64,000 nt of DNA. It comes from Candidatus Cybelea sp. (GTDB lineage: Bacteria > Vulcanimicrobiota > Vulcanimicrobiia > Vulcanimicrobiales > Vulcanimicrobiaceae). Numbering within the stretch: position 1 is the stretch's first letter; each line of letters opens with the position of its first letter. The DNA lies in NCBI GenBank assembly GCA_049585055.1, contig JBAUYZ010000068.1, forward strand, positions 15,528 to 79,527, in the 5' to 3' direction. The notes beneath the pieces are model-generated. The model was not told where the DNA came from. It worked only from the letters and a program-made list of their open reading frames with translations, and did not search any database. Made by a program: the position numbers and the translations under genes. Of the stretch, positions 27,815-36,683 are shown piece after piece.

Positions 27815-27849
27815 GTCCGAGCCTACTGCGGCGCGCTGACGGGTCCTGC

Positions 27850-28206
27850 TTGCCCGTCTTGCGAGCAGGGCAGCAAACGTGTGGCTTAGTTGTTTCGTTG
27901 GGTGTGCTTACGTCACACGTCCTGCTGGCGATCAGCGAGTTCGATGCCAAACTCTACGTTTATAAGGGGTGCGCTCCCGCGTGTACGCTGGCCGCGGGCC
28001 TATACTCGCTGGAAGGCGAGTCGGTCTATGGGCATTTGAACGAGAAATCGAATACCTTTGCAACGGCTGATTTTGAATCCGGTAGCGTCGACGTGTATGC
28101 TTACACGCCGAGCAGCCTCACGTATCAGTAAAGTTTCAATAACGGTCTCTCGGGGTCGACCCTTTATCCCATCGGCATTACGTATAACCGGCGTCCGAAA
28201 GAGTAG
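27850..28206 (+). pseudogene. C-terminal remnant of a propeller-type lipoprotein with an in-frame stop
   Basis: The sequence ...GSVDVYAYTPSSLTYQ is followed by TAA at 28129-28131, then continues in frame as SFNNGLSGSTLYPIGITYNRRPKE. There is no credible N-terminus. Confidence 0.35.
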
Positions 28207-28211
28207 GGAGC

Positions 28212-28290
28212 GTCCTTCGCCCTTCGACTACGCGCCTGTGGCGCTACGCTCAGGATGACACGCGGCTGTGGCGCTACGCTCAGATGACGC
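28212..28290 (+). repeat. REP/MITE-like element (1.5 copies)
   Basis: The sequence is GTCCTTCGCCCTTCGACTACGCGCCTGTGGCGCTACGCTCAGGATGACACG CGGCTGTGGCGCTACGCTCAGATGACGCG. The core GCGCC-tgt-GGCGC forms a hairpin. Confidence 0.85.
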
Positions 28291-29514
28291 GAAACTAAGG
28301 CCGCGCGTTTCTTTGCGCACGAGATAACCGAGCAGCGCGAGCACGAAGACCGAGGCGAAGACGCCGGCGGTAACGATGGCCATCGCGGCGGCGTAGTTCG
28401 GAGCGCCGTTGGATAGCGGGATTTTGGTCGCGAGAATAGCTTCCATCTGCGCGACGCCCGCGACGAGCAGGTTCCCAAGCTGATACGTGAAGCCGGGAAA
28501 CGTGCCGCGTACTTCGCCCGGCGAGAGTTCGTTCAGATGCGCGGGAATAACGCCCCAGCATCCTTGCACGGCAAGTTGGATGAGGAAGGCGCCGAGCGCG
28601 AGCGACGCGATCGTCGAGCTGAAGATCCAGAGCGGTATCACGCAGGCGCCGGCCACCGAGCAGAATATGACCGCGATGCGGCGGCCGAAGCGCTCCGAGA
28701 GCGTGCCGAAGCCGATGCTACCGATGATCGCACCGATCGCGCCGACGATCGGGAGCAGCGACGTGGTGCCGGTCGAGAAGCCGTGCTGCTTTTGCAGAAA
28801 CGTTGCGTAGAGATCTTGGGTGCCGTGCGACATCGCGTTAAGCGCGGCCATGAAAGCGATCGCGTAGAGGAAGAGCGGCCAATGCGCCAGGATCGATTTC
28901 AGCAGGAAGTTCGGCGCGACGGCGATGCGCTGCGCACGCCCTTCGAGCCAGACGGGCGACTCCGGGACTCCGGTGCGGATGTAGAAGATGAGCAGCGCCG
29001 GCAGCGCGCCGATGATGAAGAGCGCGCGCCAATCCCAATGCGTGAAGGTGAAGACGAAATAGTAAACCCCGGCAGCGAGGAGAAAGCCCCACATGTAGCC
29101 GCTCTGCAGCATGCCGCCGATCAGCCCGCGGCGGTGGGGCGGCAGCATTTCCATCGTGAGCGCCGCACCCAATCCCCACTCGCCGCCCATCGCAACGCCG
29201 TAGAGCGCGCGTAAGACGAGAAAGACGGTGAAGTTCGGCGAAAAGGCCGTGGCCAACTGGATTATCGAGTAAAAGCCGATGTCGATCATCAGCGGCGTGC
29301 GCCGTCCGTAGCGGTCGCCGAGCCATCCGAAGATGAGCGCGCCGATCGGCCGGCACATGAGCGTAAGCGTGAGCGCGAACGCGACCTCGGCGACGGTTTT
29401 ATCGAAGGTCGTCGCGATGCGCGTGATGACGAAGGTGAGAAGAAGAAAGTCGAACGCGTCGAGCATCCATCCAAGGAAGCTCGCGACGAACGTTCTGCGG
29501 GCGGCGGAAGTCAC
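28228..29514 (-). CDS. MFS transporter
   Basis: A 428-aa, 12-TM-like protein with GDRYGRR and ERFGRR loop motifs. The last roughly 20 codons and the stop codon lie inside the repeat at 28212-28290. Confidence 0.85.
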   Translation of the reverse strand: MTSAARRTFVASFLGWMLDAFDFLLLTFVITRIATTFDKTVAEVAFALTLTLMCRPIGALIFGWLGDRYGRRTPLMIDIGFYSIIQLATAFSPNFTVFLVLRALYGVAMGGEWGLGAALTMEMLPPHRRGLIGGMLQSGYMWGFLLAAGVYYFVFTFTHWDWRALFIIGALPALLIFYIRTGVPESPVWLEGRAQRIAVAPNFLLKSILAHWPLFLYAIAFMAALNAMSHGTQDLYATFLQKQHGFSTGTTSLLPIVGAIGAIIGSIGFGTLSERFGRRIAVIFCSVAGACVIPLWIFSSTIASLALGAFLIQLAVQGCWGVIPAHLNELSPGEVRGTFPGFTYQLGNLLVAGVAQMEAILATKIPLSNGAPNYAAAMAIVTAGVFASVFVLALLGYLVRKETRGLSFASSERSATAACHPERSATGA

Positions 29515-29690
29515 CGGGCTCGCTGAGCTAAAGCTTCAGCGCAAAGACGGAGCCGCCCCAGCTATATTTGACCGTGCGCGCCGCGATCGCGAGGCACGCC
29601 GAGAAAATCTGGAAATGCAGCACGGGTCTTCCTCCAATGCAGTAGGGCCGAGGAGGTTCTGCGTGCGCTTGGCGACTCCGCTCCCGGGTT

Positions 29691-29930
29691 TGTGGTTCGT
29701 GGTTCGACTACGCTCCCTGCGGTCGCTGCGCTCACCATGACACGGCTGCGGTCGCTGCGCTCACCATGACACGTTGGGGGTCGCTGCGCTCACCATGACG
29801 CGGCTGCGGTCGCTGCGCTCACCATGACACGTTTGGAGCTATGCGCTCCTTCGACTACGGCGCTGCGCGCCTACGCTCAGGATGACACATGCGGTACTTC
29901 AGCGCTGCGCGCCTACGCTCAGGATGACAC
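29691..29930 (+). repeat. compound repeat: about 4 tandem units of variant GGTCGCTGCGCTCACCATGACAC, then 2 standard GCGCCTACGCTCAGGATGACAC units
   Basis: Read directly from the sequence. The units abut one another with no unique spacers. Confidence 0.85.
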
Positions 29931-29950
29931 CTCAGCGGGCGCTGCGGGTG

Positions 29951-30886
29951 TTAGGGGGAGCTGGCGGGAGAGGTTGTTGGGGAGGGGGTTGGTGAGGGCG
30001 TGGGCGTTGTGCCGGGCGGGATCTGCGCGCCGTAGAGCGCGAGCAGCCAAATCTGAGTGTGGCGCACGGTGACCTTCGGAACGTTGAAGGCAAACTGTAC
30101 CGTGTTGCCCTGCGGCGTCGTGAACTTCTGATAGCTCGCGATGAGTTGATCCATGCGCTTGCCGCGCTGCACCGTCTCGTTAAAAAGCTGGAGTGCGAAG
30201 ACGCGGCCGTTATACTGCAACGTCGGAAGCGTGTACTGCGTCGAGGCGCCACCATTGAGGACGAAGTCCGTGTTGCTCTGCAGACGGATCGCCACGACCG
30301 GCGTGATGTGCATGAAGAGCGGATTCGGATTGCTCATGTTCGGCACGTCGTGCGGCAGCGTTTCGACTTGTAGCGTCATCATGCCGGCGGGTGCGGGTGT
30401 GGGCGTTGCGCTGTCGCTATTATCGTCGCTGCTGTCGTCCGACGAATCCGATGACGAGCTTGGCTGGGGCGTCGGGCTCGCGGTCGGCGCCGCGCTGCTC
30501 TTCGCGCCGGGTGAACCTTTGGGGGCGGGCGTCGGCATGTTGAAGGCAAGCGTACAGTTGTACTGCTGGTTGAACTGCTGGATGGCGGGGCACTTCATGC
30601 CGCTGGGGCCTTGGCCGATCGGATATTGCGCTTCGTTGGGCGCGAGCGTTGCGCCGGGATTGGTGAGCTCTTCTTGTCCGTTGGCGCCGACGTTTGGACC
30701 GGCCATTTGATTGCCTAAGCCGTTGCCCATACCGCCTGCACCGGGCATACCGCCGTTCGACATTGAGCCGGGTTGCGAAACGGGCGGGGTCATGTCACCC
30801 ATCCCGCCGCTGTCAAGGCCTTGTCCTTGGCAGGAAGCCAATAGTAGTGCGAGTCCAGCCAATACGGCGCGAGCGTCCAACTTCAT
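29951..30886 (-). CDS. hypothetical lipoprotein with Gly/Met-, Ser/Asp- and Pro/Thr-rich low-complexity linkers
   Basis: Lipobox LLLASC is present. The start lies 4 nt downstream of the thrS stop, so co-transcription is likely. Confidence 0.6.
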   Translation of the reverse strand: MKLDARAVLAGLALLLASCQGQGLDSGGMGDMTPPVSQPGSMSNGGMPGAGGMGNGLGNQMAGPNVGANGQEELTNPGATLAPNEAQYPIGQGPSGMKCPAIQQFNQQYNCTLAFNMPTPAPKGSPGAKSSAAPTASPTPQPSSSSDSSDDSSDDNSDSATPTPAPAGMMTLQVETLPHDVPNMSNPNPLFMHITPVVAIRLQSNTDFVLNGGASTQYTLPTLQYNGRVFALQLFNETVQRGKRMDQLIASYQKFTTPQGNTVQFAFNVPKVTVRHTQIWLLALYGAQIPPGTTPTPSPTPSPTTSPASSP

Positions 30887-30890
30887 CGTT

Positions 30891-32612
30891 TTATTGTTTC
30901 GCCTCGATGACTCTCTGCAACTCTTCGACGAATGCGTCGACCAAAACCGTGCGCTTCTCTTCCACGCCGCGCTGATTCACGTTCACCGTACCGTCCGAAA
31001 CCTCTTGTTTGCCAGCAACTAAGATGTACGGCACTTTCTGAGTCTTCCAATGCCTGATCTTATACCCGAGCTTCTCGTTGCTTTCGTCAACCTCGACCCG
31101 AAAGCCCGCTCCTTGCAGTCTTGCTTCCACCTCACGAGCATAGGCCACTTGATCCTGGGAAATGGCTGTGACGACGACTTGAATCGGTGCCAACCAGGCG
31201 GGGAACGCCCCTCCGTAGTGCTCGATGAGGATACCGAATAAACGTTCCAGGGAGCCTGCAAGTGCCCGATGGATCATGACCGGCCGGTGGTCTTGACCGT
31301 CGGCGGCTCGGAACTTGAGGCCGAAGCGAGCGGGCAAAATAAAGTCGACCTGTACGGTCCCCAGCTGCCACCAGTGCCCGATCGCGTCGCGAACGTTGAT
31401 ATCGAGCTTCGGCCCGTAGAAGGCGCCGCCGGCCTCGTCGACGTCGTACGGCAAGGCGTAACGAGCGAGTGCTTTGCGAATCGCTTCTTCGGCGACCGCG
31501 TCGGTCTGCATGCGATCGCGCTCTTCGCGGCGCGAGAGCACGTATTGCATCTCGGCGAAGCCGAACGCGTCCATCAAGCGCCGCGCTTCGTCGAGCGTGC
31601 GCTCGAACTCGTTCTGGAGCTGGTCGGGCGTGCAGAAGATGTGCGCGTCGTCTTGCGTGAAGCCGCGCACCCGCGTGAGGCCGTGCAGCACGCCGGAGCG
31701 CTCGAAGCGATAGACCGTGCCGAACTCAGAGTAGCGCAGCGGAAGATCGCGATAACTGCGCAGCCGGCTTTCGTAGATGAGAATGTGACCGGGGCAGTTC
31801 ATCGGCTTGAGCCGGAACCGCTGCGTCTCGACTTCGATCGGGCCGAACATATTCTCAGCAAAGTTTTCGAGGTGTCCCGAGATCTCGTAAAGACGTTCGC
31901 TGACGACGTGCGGCGTGACGACGGGTTGATAGCCGCGCTCGCGCAAGCCTTGGCGAATGAAGTCTTCGACGATGCCGCGCACGATCGCGCCCTTGGGATG
32001 CCAGAAAACGAGTCCGCCGCCGGCCTGCTCTTCGATCGAGAAAAGGTCGAGTTCGGCGCCGAGCTTGCGGTGGTCGCGGCGTTGCGCTTCTTCGACCCGC
32101 GCGAGATGGGCGGCGAGGTCGGCCTCCGAACGCCAGGCCGTGCCGTAGATGCGCTGCAGCATCGGTTTGCGTTCGTCGCCGCGCCAGTAAGCGCCGGCGA
32201 CGCTGGTGAGCTTGAATGCGCCGATGGCGCCGGTCGAGTCGGCGTGGCCGCCGCGGCAGAGATCGGTGAACTCGCCGATCGTGTAGAGCGTGACCGGTTG
32301 GTCGTCGGGGATCTCGCGGGCGATCTCGACCTTATACGAATTGCGGGCGAAGGCGTCGATCGCTTCGGCTCGAGTGACGGTTCGCCCGGTCATCGGGTAA
32401 TCGGCCGCAACGATCTCGTCCATGCGTTTGCGCAGGCGTTCGAGGTCTTCGGGCGTGAACGGCTCGGCGCGGTCGAAATCGTAGTAAAAGCCGTTCTCGA
32501 TCGCGGGACCGATCGTCGGCCTCGCATCGGGAAAGAGGTCCTGGACCGCGTAAGCGAGCACGTGAGCGGCCGTGTGGCGCAGCTCCGCAAGGGAAGGCCT
32601 CTGGTCATCCAT
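30891..32612 (-). CDS. thrS: threonine--tRNA ligase (no TGS domain)
   Basis: Motifs FRLKPMNCPGH, RVRGFTQDDAHIF and an anticodon-binding tail are present. The protein starts about 12 aa before the HTAAH editing-domain motif. At 573 aa it is about 60 aa shorter than the canonical enzyme. Confidence 0.93.
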   Translation of the reverse strand: MDDQRPSLAELRHTAAHVLAYAVQDLFPDARPTIGPAIENGFYYDFDRAEPFTPEDLERLRKRMDEIVAADYPMTGRTVTRAEAIDAFARNSYKVEIAREIPDDQPVTLYTIGEFTDLCRGGHADSTGAIGAFKLTSVAGAYWRGDERKPMLQRIYGTAWRSEADLAAHLARVEEAQRRDHRKLGAELDLFSIEEQAGGGLVFWHPKGAIVRGIVEDFIRQGLRERGYQPVVTPHVVSERLYEISGHLENFAENMFGPIEVETQRFRLKPMNCPGHILIYESRLRSYRDLPLRYSEFGTVYRFERSGVLHGLTRVRGFTQDDAHIFCTPDQLQNEFERTLDEARRLMDAFGFAEMQYVLSRREERDRMQTDAVAEEAIRKALARYALPYDVDEAGGAFYGPKLDINVRDAIGHWWQLGTVQVDFILPARFGLKFRAADGQDHRPVMIHRALAGSLERLFGILIEHYGGAFPAWLAPIQVVVTAISQDQVAYAREVEARLQGAGFRVEVDESNEKLGYKIRHWKTQKVPYILVAGKQEVSDGTVNVNQRGVEEKRTVLVDAFVEELQRVIEAKQ

Positions 32613-32741
32613 CCGCTCGCCCTTCGCCCTGTGCGAAGCGCAGTCCTGAGCGGCGCCTGGTGAGACCGCTTCAGGCAGGGCCTTAACGTGGCGTTAATCG
32701 GCATGACGATAAACTAGAGCGTACCTACTCTCTATAAGGAG

Positions 32742-33776
32742 TTGTCTGTGAGAGCATTCCTGGTTCGCTGCTTCACCACGGTCGTCGTTGCCGCGGCCCT
32801 GACCCTGCCGGCCGTCGCGGCAACCCAGCTCACCGGTGCCGGATCGAGCTTCGACTACCCGTTTTTCTCGAAAGCCTTCTACATCTATAGTGAGAAGAAT
32901 CCGGAGGCGACGGTCAACTACCAGTCGATCGGCAGCGGCGGCGGCATCCAGCAGTTCACCGCCAAGAACGTCGACTTCGGTGCGACGGACGTGCCGATGA
33001 ACGCCGCGGAGCTCGCGCGCGCCGGTCAACCGGTGCTGCAGATACCGGTGGCGCTCGGCGGCGCGGCGGTCGCTTACAACGTACCCGGCGTGACCGCGAC
33101 GATTCGGTTGACCCGCCAGGTGCTCGTCGACATCTACCTGGGCAAGGTGCTCAAGTGGAACGATCCGCAGATCGCCAAACTGAACCACGGGGTCAATCTT
33201 CCCGACATGCCGATCGTCGTCGTGCACCGTTCCGATGGCTCGGGAACCAGTTATATCTTCACCGATTTCTTGAGCCGGGTTTCGGCCGAGTGGAAGAACA
33301 AGGTCGGCGTCGGTAAGAGCGTTTCGTGGCCGGCCCCAAGCGCGATCGGCGCCAAAGGGAACGAAGGTGTCGCGGGCCAGATTCGCAGCACCCCGGGAGC
33401 GATCGGTTACGTCGAACTGGCGTACGTCCTGGAAAATCATATGCCGGCGGCGATCTTGCAGAATCGCGCCGGGAAGTGGGTTGGCTGCACTCCCGAGAAC
33501 GTCGCGGCCGCCGCGGCTACCAAACCGAACGTGAGTCCCACGAACTTCTCGATCACCGACGCAGCGGGCGCGAGCTCGTATCCTATCTCGGGCTACTCCT
33601 GGGTCGTAGTCTACAAGAAACCGGCGGACGCAACGCGCGCCAAGGCACTCTACGACGTGCTCTCCTGGCTGGTCGGTCCCCAGGGACAATCGAATGCGAA
33701 GTCGGTCGACTACGTACCGTTGCCGGTAAACGTGCAGAACGCGGCCTCGGCAACGCTACGCCAAATGCAGCGCTGA
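32742..33776 (+). CDS. pstS: phosphate ABC transporter substrate-binding protein
   Basis: Motifs GAGSSFDYPFF, GSGGGIQQF and RSDGSGTSYIFTDFL are present. The likely start is the GTG at 32748, 6 nt after AAGGAG. Confidence 0.93.
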   Translation: MSVRAFLVRCFTTVVVAAALTLPAVAATQLTGAGSSFDYPFFSKAFYIYSEKNPEATVNYQSIGSGGGIQQFTAKNVDFGATDVPMNAAELARAGQPVLQIPVALGGAAVAYNVPGVTATIRLTRQVLVDIYLGKVLKWNDPQIAKLNHGVNLPDMPIVVVHRSDGSGTSYIFTDFLSRVSAEWKNKVGVGKSVSWPAPSAIGAKGNEGVAGQIRSTPGAIGYVELAYVLENHMPAAILQNRAGKWVGCTPENVAAAAATKPNVSPTNFSITDAAGASSYPISGYSWVVVYKKPADATRAKALYDVLSWLVGPQGQSNAKSVDYVPLPVNVQNAASATLRQMQR

Positions 33777-33780
33777 TTGC

Positions 33781-33976
33781 CGTTCGCCCTTCGTCCTTCG
33801 CCCTTCGACTTCGCTCGCTACGCTCGCTGCGCTCAGGATGACACAATTCGAGGTGACACGTTCGAGATGACACGTTTGGGATGACACGTTTGGGATGATA
33901 CGTTTGGGATGATACGTCCGAGATGACTGGTCCTTCGACTCCGCATCGCTTCGCGATGCTACGCTCAGGATGACAC
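33781..33976 (+). repeat. REP/MITE-like compound element filling the pstS-pstC gap, including about 7 tandem 14-nt GATGACACGTTTGG-type units
   Basis: A standard unit at 33781-33845 is followed by GGTGACACGTTCGA GATGACACGTTTGG GATGACACGTTTGG GATGATACGTTTGG GATGATACGTCCGA GATGACTGG, then a second standard unit ending at 33976. Confidence 0.9.
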
Positions 33977-33977
33977 G

Positions 33978-34916
33978 GTGGTAGAGCCGCAGTTTAGGCG
34001 CGTAGCGCGTTTCGTTAGTCCCGCCGATCGCGGCTTTGCTGCGGTGGTCTACGGCGGAAGCATTCTCTTTGCAGTGTTGATCGTCGGCCTCTTTGTCGAG
34101 CTGGTGCTCGGATCGTGGCCCTCGATTGTGACGTTCGGGCCCTCGTTCATTTGGAAGAGTTCCTGGGATCCGATAACGAGTAAGTTCGGGGCGCTCCCGA
34201 TGATCTACGGGACCGTGGTGACGTCGTTCATCGGGATCATCCTGGCCGCATTCGTCGGGATCATGGCGGCCGTCTTTCTCGCCGACTTCGCGCCGCGGTG
34301 GCTCGCGACGCCGCTCTCGTTCTTGATCGAGCTGCTGGCGGCGGTCCCGAGCGTCGTCTACGGCTTGTGGGGGCTCTTCGTGCTCTCGCCGTTCGTACGC
34401 ACCGTCATCGGACCGGCGCTCCAACACGTCCTGGGATGGACTCCGCTCTTCTCGGGGCCGATCTACGGCGTGGGCCTGCTGACCGCGGGCATTATTCTCG
34501 CCTTGATGATCGTTCCGACCGTCACGGCGATCTCGCGCGACGTGATCGCGGCGATACCGCGCGACCTGCGCGAAGCCTCAATGGCGCTCGGCTCGACGAG
34601 ATGGGAGACCGCGACGCGCGTGGTACTGCCCGCCGCGCGCGTGGGAATCTTCGGAGCTTGCGTACTCGCGCTGGGCCGCGCGCTCGGCGAGACGATCGCG
34701 GTGACGATGGTGATCGGCAACCGGCCGGAGATCTCCGCCTCACTCTTCGCGCCGTCGTATACGCTGGCTAGCGTAATCGCCAACGAGTTCACCGAGGCGA
34801 CGACCAGCATTTACATCAGCGCGCTGATCGAGTTGGGTCTGATCCTCTTCGTGGTGAGCATCGTCGTCAACGCGCTCGCGCGGTTCATGATCTGGAGCGT
34901 TCGGGGATCGCGATGA
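33978..34916 (+). CDS. pstC: phosphate ABC transporter permease PstC
   Basis: SWPSI lies near the N-terminus and the EAA-type loop [14 protein letters not shown] is present. The GTG start is 7 nt after AGGA, which belongs to the last repeat copy. Confidence 0.92.
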   Translation: MVEPQFRRVARFVSPADRGFAAVVYGGSILFAVLIVGLFVELVLGSWPSIVTFGPSFIWKSSWDPITSKFGALPMIYGTVVTSFIGIILAAFVGIMAAVFLADFAPRWLATPLSFLIELLAAVPSVVYGLWGLFVLSPFVRTVIGPALQHVLGWTPLFSGPIYGVGLLTAGIILALMIVPTVTAISRDVIAAIPRDLREASMALGSTRWETATRVVLPAARVGIFGACVLALGRALGETIAVTMVIGNRPEISASLFAPSYTLASVIANEFTEATTSIYISALIELGLILFVVSIVVNALARFMIWSVRGSR

Positions 34917-35773
34917 GCCTGCGCTATCAGCGGCTCGGTTACCGGAGGGCATACGGGTCGATCGGAACGGCGCTCGCTCTTTGCTGCGCGGCGCTTGCCG
35001 CCGGCGCGCTGCTCGCGATTCTCGGTTACGTCGTGGTGCAGGGCGCGGGCGCGATCAACTGGGCCTTTCTCACGCAGCTGCCGCACCCGATCGGCGTGCC
35101 GGGCGGGGGCGTCGGCAACGGCATACTCGGAACGATCATCATCATCGGCCTCGCGACGGCGATGGCCGTGCCGGTCGGCTTGCTCACCGGAATCTATCTC
35201 GCGCTCTTCGGACGAGGTGCGATTCCCGAAGCGCTGCGGTTTCTCTCCGACGTGCTCTCGGGTGTGCCGAGTATCGCAATCGGGCTCTTCGCGTACGCGG
35301 TGCTCGTCGCGCCGCTCAAACACTTCTCCGCAATCGCCGCGTCGTTCGCATTCATGATGCTGATGCTGCCGCTGCTCGTGCGGACGTCCGAGCAGGCGAT
35401 TCGCTCGGTGCCGCAGACCGTTCGCGAAGGCGCGCTCGCGCTGGGCATGTCAAACTTTCGCGCAACGGTTCACATCGTGCTGCCGACTGCGCGACCGGCG
35501 ATCATCACGGCGCTCTTGTTGGCGATCGCGAGAGTAACCGGCGAGACGGCGCCGCTGCTCTTTACCGCATTCGGCACTCAGTTCTGGGAGACGAATCCGA
35601 ACCACCCGATGGCGGTGCTCGCGCTGCAAGTCTTCAACTACGCGATCTCGCCCTATCCCAGCTGGCAGGCGCAGGCGTGGGCCGGCGCGCTCCTGCTCGT
35701 GGTCGCGGTCTTCATCTTGAGCTTGGGAGCACGCCTGATGCTCCGGCGCGCCATGCGGGGGCTCGACAGTTGA
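34913..35773 (+). CDS. pstA: phosphate ABC transporter permease PstA
   Basis: ATGA overlap with pstC. The EAA loop [15 protein letters not shown] is present. Confidence 0.92.
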   Translation: MSLRYQRLGYRRAYGSIGTALALCCAALAAGALLAILGYVVVQGAGAINWAFLTQLPHPIGVPGGGVGNGILGTIIIIGLATAMAVPVGLLTGIYLALFGRGAIPEALRFLSDVLSGVPSIAIGLFAYAVLVAPLKHFSAIAASFAFMMLMLPLLVRTSEQAIRSVPQTVREGALALGMSNFRATVHIVLPTARPAIITALLLAIARVTGETAPLLFTAFGTQFWETNPNHPMAVLALQVFNYAISPYPSWQAQAWAGALLLVVAVFILSLGARLMLRRAMRGLDS

Positions 35774-35805
35774 CGGTCACCGAGGCGGCGGTCGGCGGTG
35801 CGGTG

Positions 35806-36576
35806 ATGAGCGATGCAGTGATGGCGACGCAGGAGTTGAGCGCGTATTACGGCGAGCGCAAAGCCGTCGGCGACGTCTCGATCGGATTCACGCGCAAGGC
35901 CGTGACGGCGCTGATCGGTCCGTCGGGGTGCGGGAAGACGACGCTCTTGCGATGCCTGAACCGGATTCATGAAGTGGGATTCGACGCGCGCGTGCAGGGG
36001 CGCGTGCTGCTCGACGGCCAGGATATCTATGCCGGCGGGATCGATCCGATGTCGATCCGCCGGCGCGTCGGAATGGTTTTTCAGCGCCCGAATCCCTTTC
36101 CGACGCTCTCGATTCTCGACAATACGCTGGTATGCGCGGCGAAGGGTCTCAATCGCCGGCAGAGGCTCGAATGCGCGGAGAAGGCCCTGCGAGCGGCGGC
36201 GCTCTGGGAAGAGGTAAAAGACAAGCTGCGCAGCAGCCCGTTGCGTCTCTCGGGCGGACAGCAGCAGCGGCTCTGCATTGCGCGCGCGGTCGCCGCGGAG
36301 CCGGATGTCTTGCTGATGGACGAGCCGACCGCCTCGCTCGACCCGATTGCGACGGCGATCATCGAGGAGCTGATGGCATCGCTCGCCGAGGAGTTTACAA
36401 TCGTGGCCGTGACGCATAACATGCAGCAAGCCGCACGCGTCTCAGATCGCACGGCGTTCATGCTCGCCGACGAAAGCGGCGTGGGAAAGTTGATCGAGAT
36501 CGACGACACGGCGAAGCTCTTCACCAAACCCAGCGACCGCAGAACCGAAGACTACATCACGGGCCGGTTCGGCTAA
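35806..36576 (+). CDS. pstB: phosphate ABC transporter ATP-binding protein
   Basis: Motifs [23 protein letters not shown] and LLMDEPTSALD-like are present. The in-frame ATG at 35806 gives 256 aa. The track ORF 34981-36576 is an artefactual 5' extension across pstA. Confidence 0.93.
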   Translation: MSDAVMATQELSAYYGERKAVGDVSIGFTRKAVTALIGPSGCGKTTLLRCLNRIHEVGFDARVQGRVLLDGQDIYAGGIDPMSIRRRVGMVFQRPNPFPTLSILDNTLVCAAKGLNRRQRLECAEKALRAAALWEEVKDKLRSSPLRLSGGQQQRLCIARAVAAEPDVLLMDEPTASLDPIATAIIEELMASLAEEFTIVAVTHNMQQAARVSDRTAFMLADESGVGKLIEIDDTAKLFTKPSDRRTEDYITGRFG

Positions 36577-36610
36577 AAGGCGCGGTCCCACGTCCCGCGA
36601 ACCGCCGTGC

Positions 36611-36655
36611 CGCCCTTCGACTGCGCGCCTGCGGCGCTACGCTCAGGATGACACG
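36611..36655 (+). repeat. REP/MITE-like intergenic element (single consensus-like copy)
   Basis: The sequence is CGCCCTTCGACTGCGCGCCTGCGGCGCTACGCTCAGGATGACACG. Confidence 0.85.
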
Positions 36656-36683
36656 GGGTGAGCGAGCGCTAAATCGGGGGGCG

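Noticed and set aside
29700-29830. Regularly spaced direct repeats that could be mistaken for a CRISPR array. The 14-nt array at 33846-33935 raises the same question.
   Set aside because: The units abut one another with no unique spacers. They are short (14-33 nt), belong to the dispersed GATGACAC element family, and have no cas genes nearby.
31269-32663. A 464-aa plus-strand ORF.
   Set aside because: It is antisense to thrS, which carries unambiguous class II aaRS motifs.
32683-32699. The direct repeat TTAACG-N5-TTAATC, with 11-bp phasing, lies about 45-60 nt upstream of pstS. It resembles PhoP/PhoB-type Pho boxes.
   Set aside because: There are only two degenerate half-sites. I could not find convincing matching sites upstream of the phosphoesterase genes by eye. 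Motif discovery on more promoters is needed before calling it.
32694-33689. A 331-aa minus-strand ORF. The 371-aa plus-strand ORF at 38067-39182 is a similar case.
   Set aside because: They are antisense to pstS and to family-A copy A7 respectively. Neither has motifs, and both show an Arg/Gly-rich composition.
34981-36576. A 531-aa ORF that would fuse a long N-terminal region to PstB.
   Set aside because: The first roughly 275 codons overlap pstA in another frame and are Arg-rich. A normal 256-aa PstB starts at the ATG at 35806. The same logic applies to 55602-57449 (hydrolase) and 51138-52580 (lipoprotein), both of which I trimmed to internal starts.
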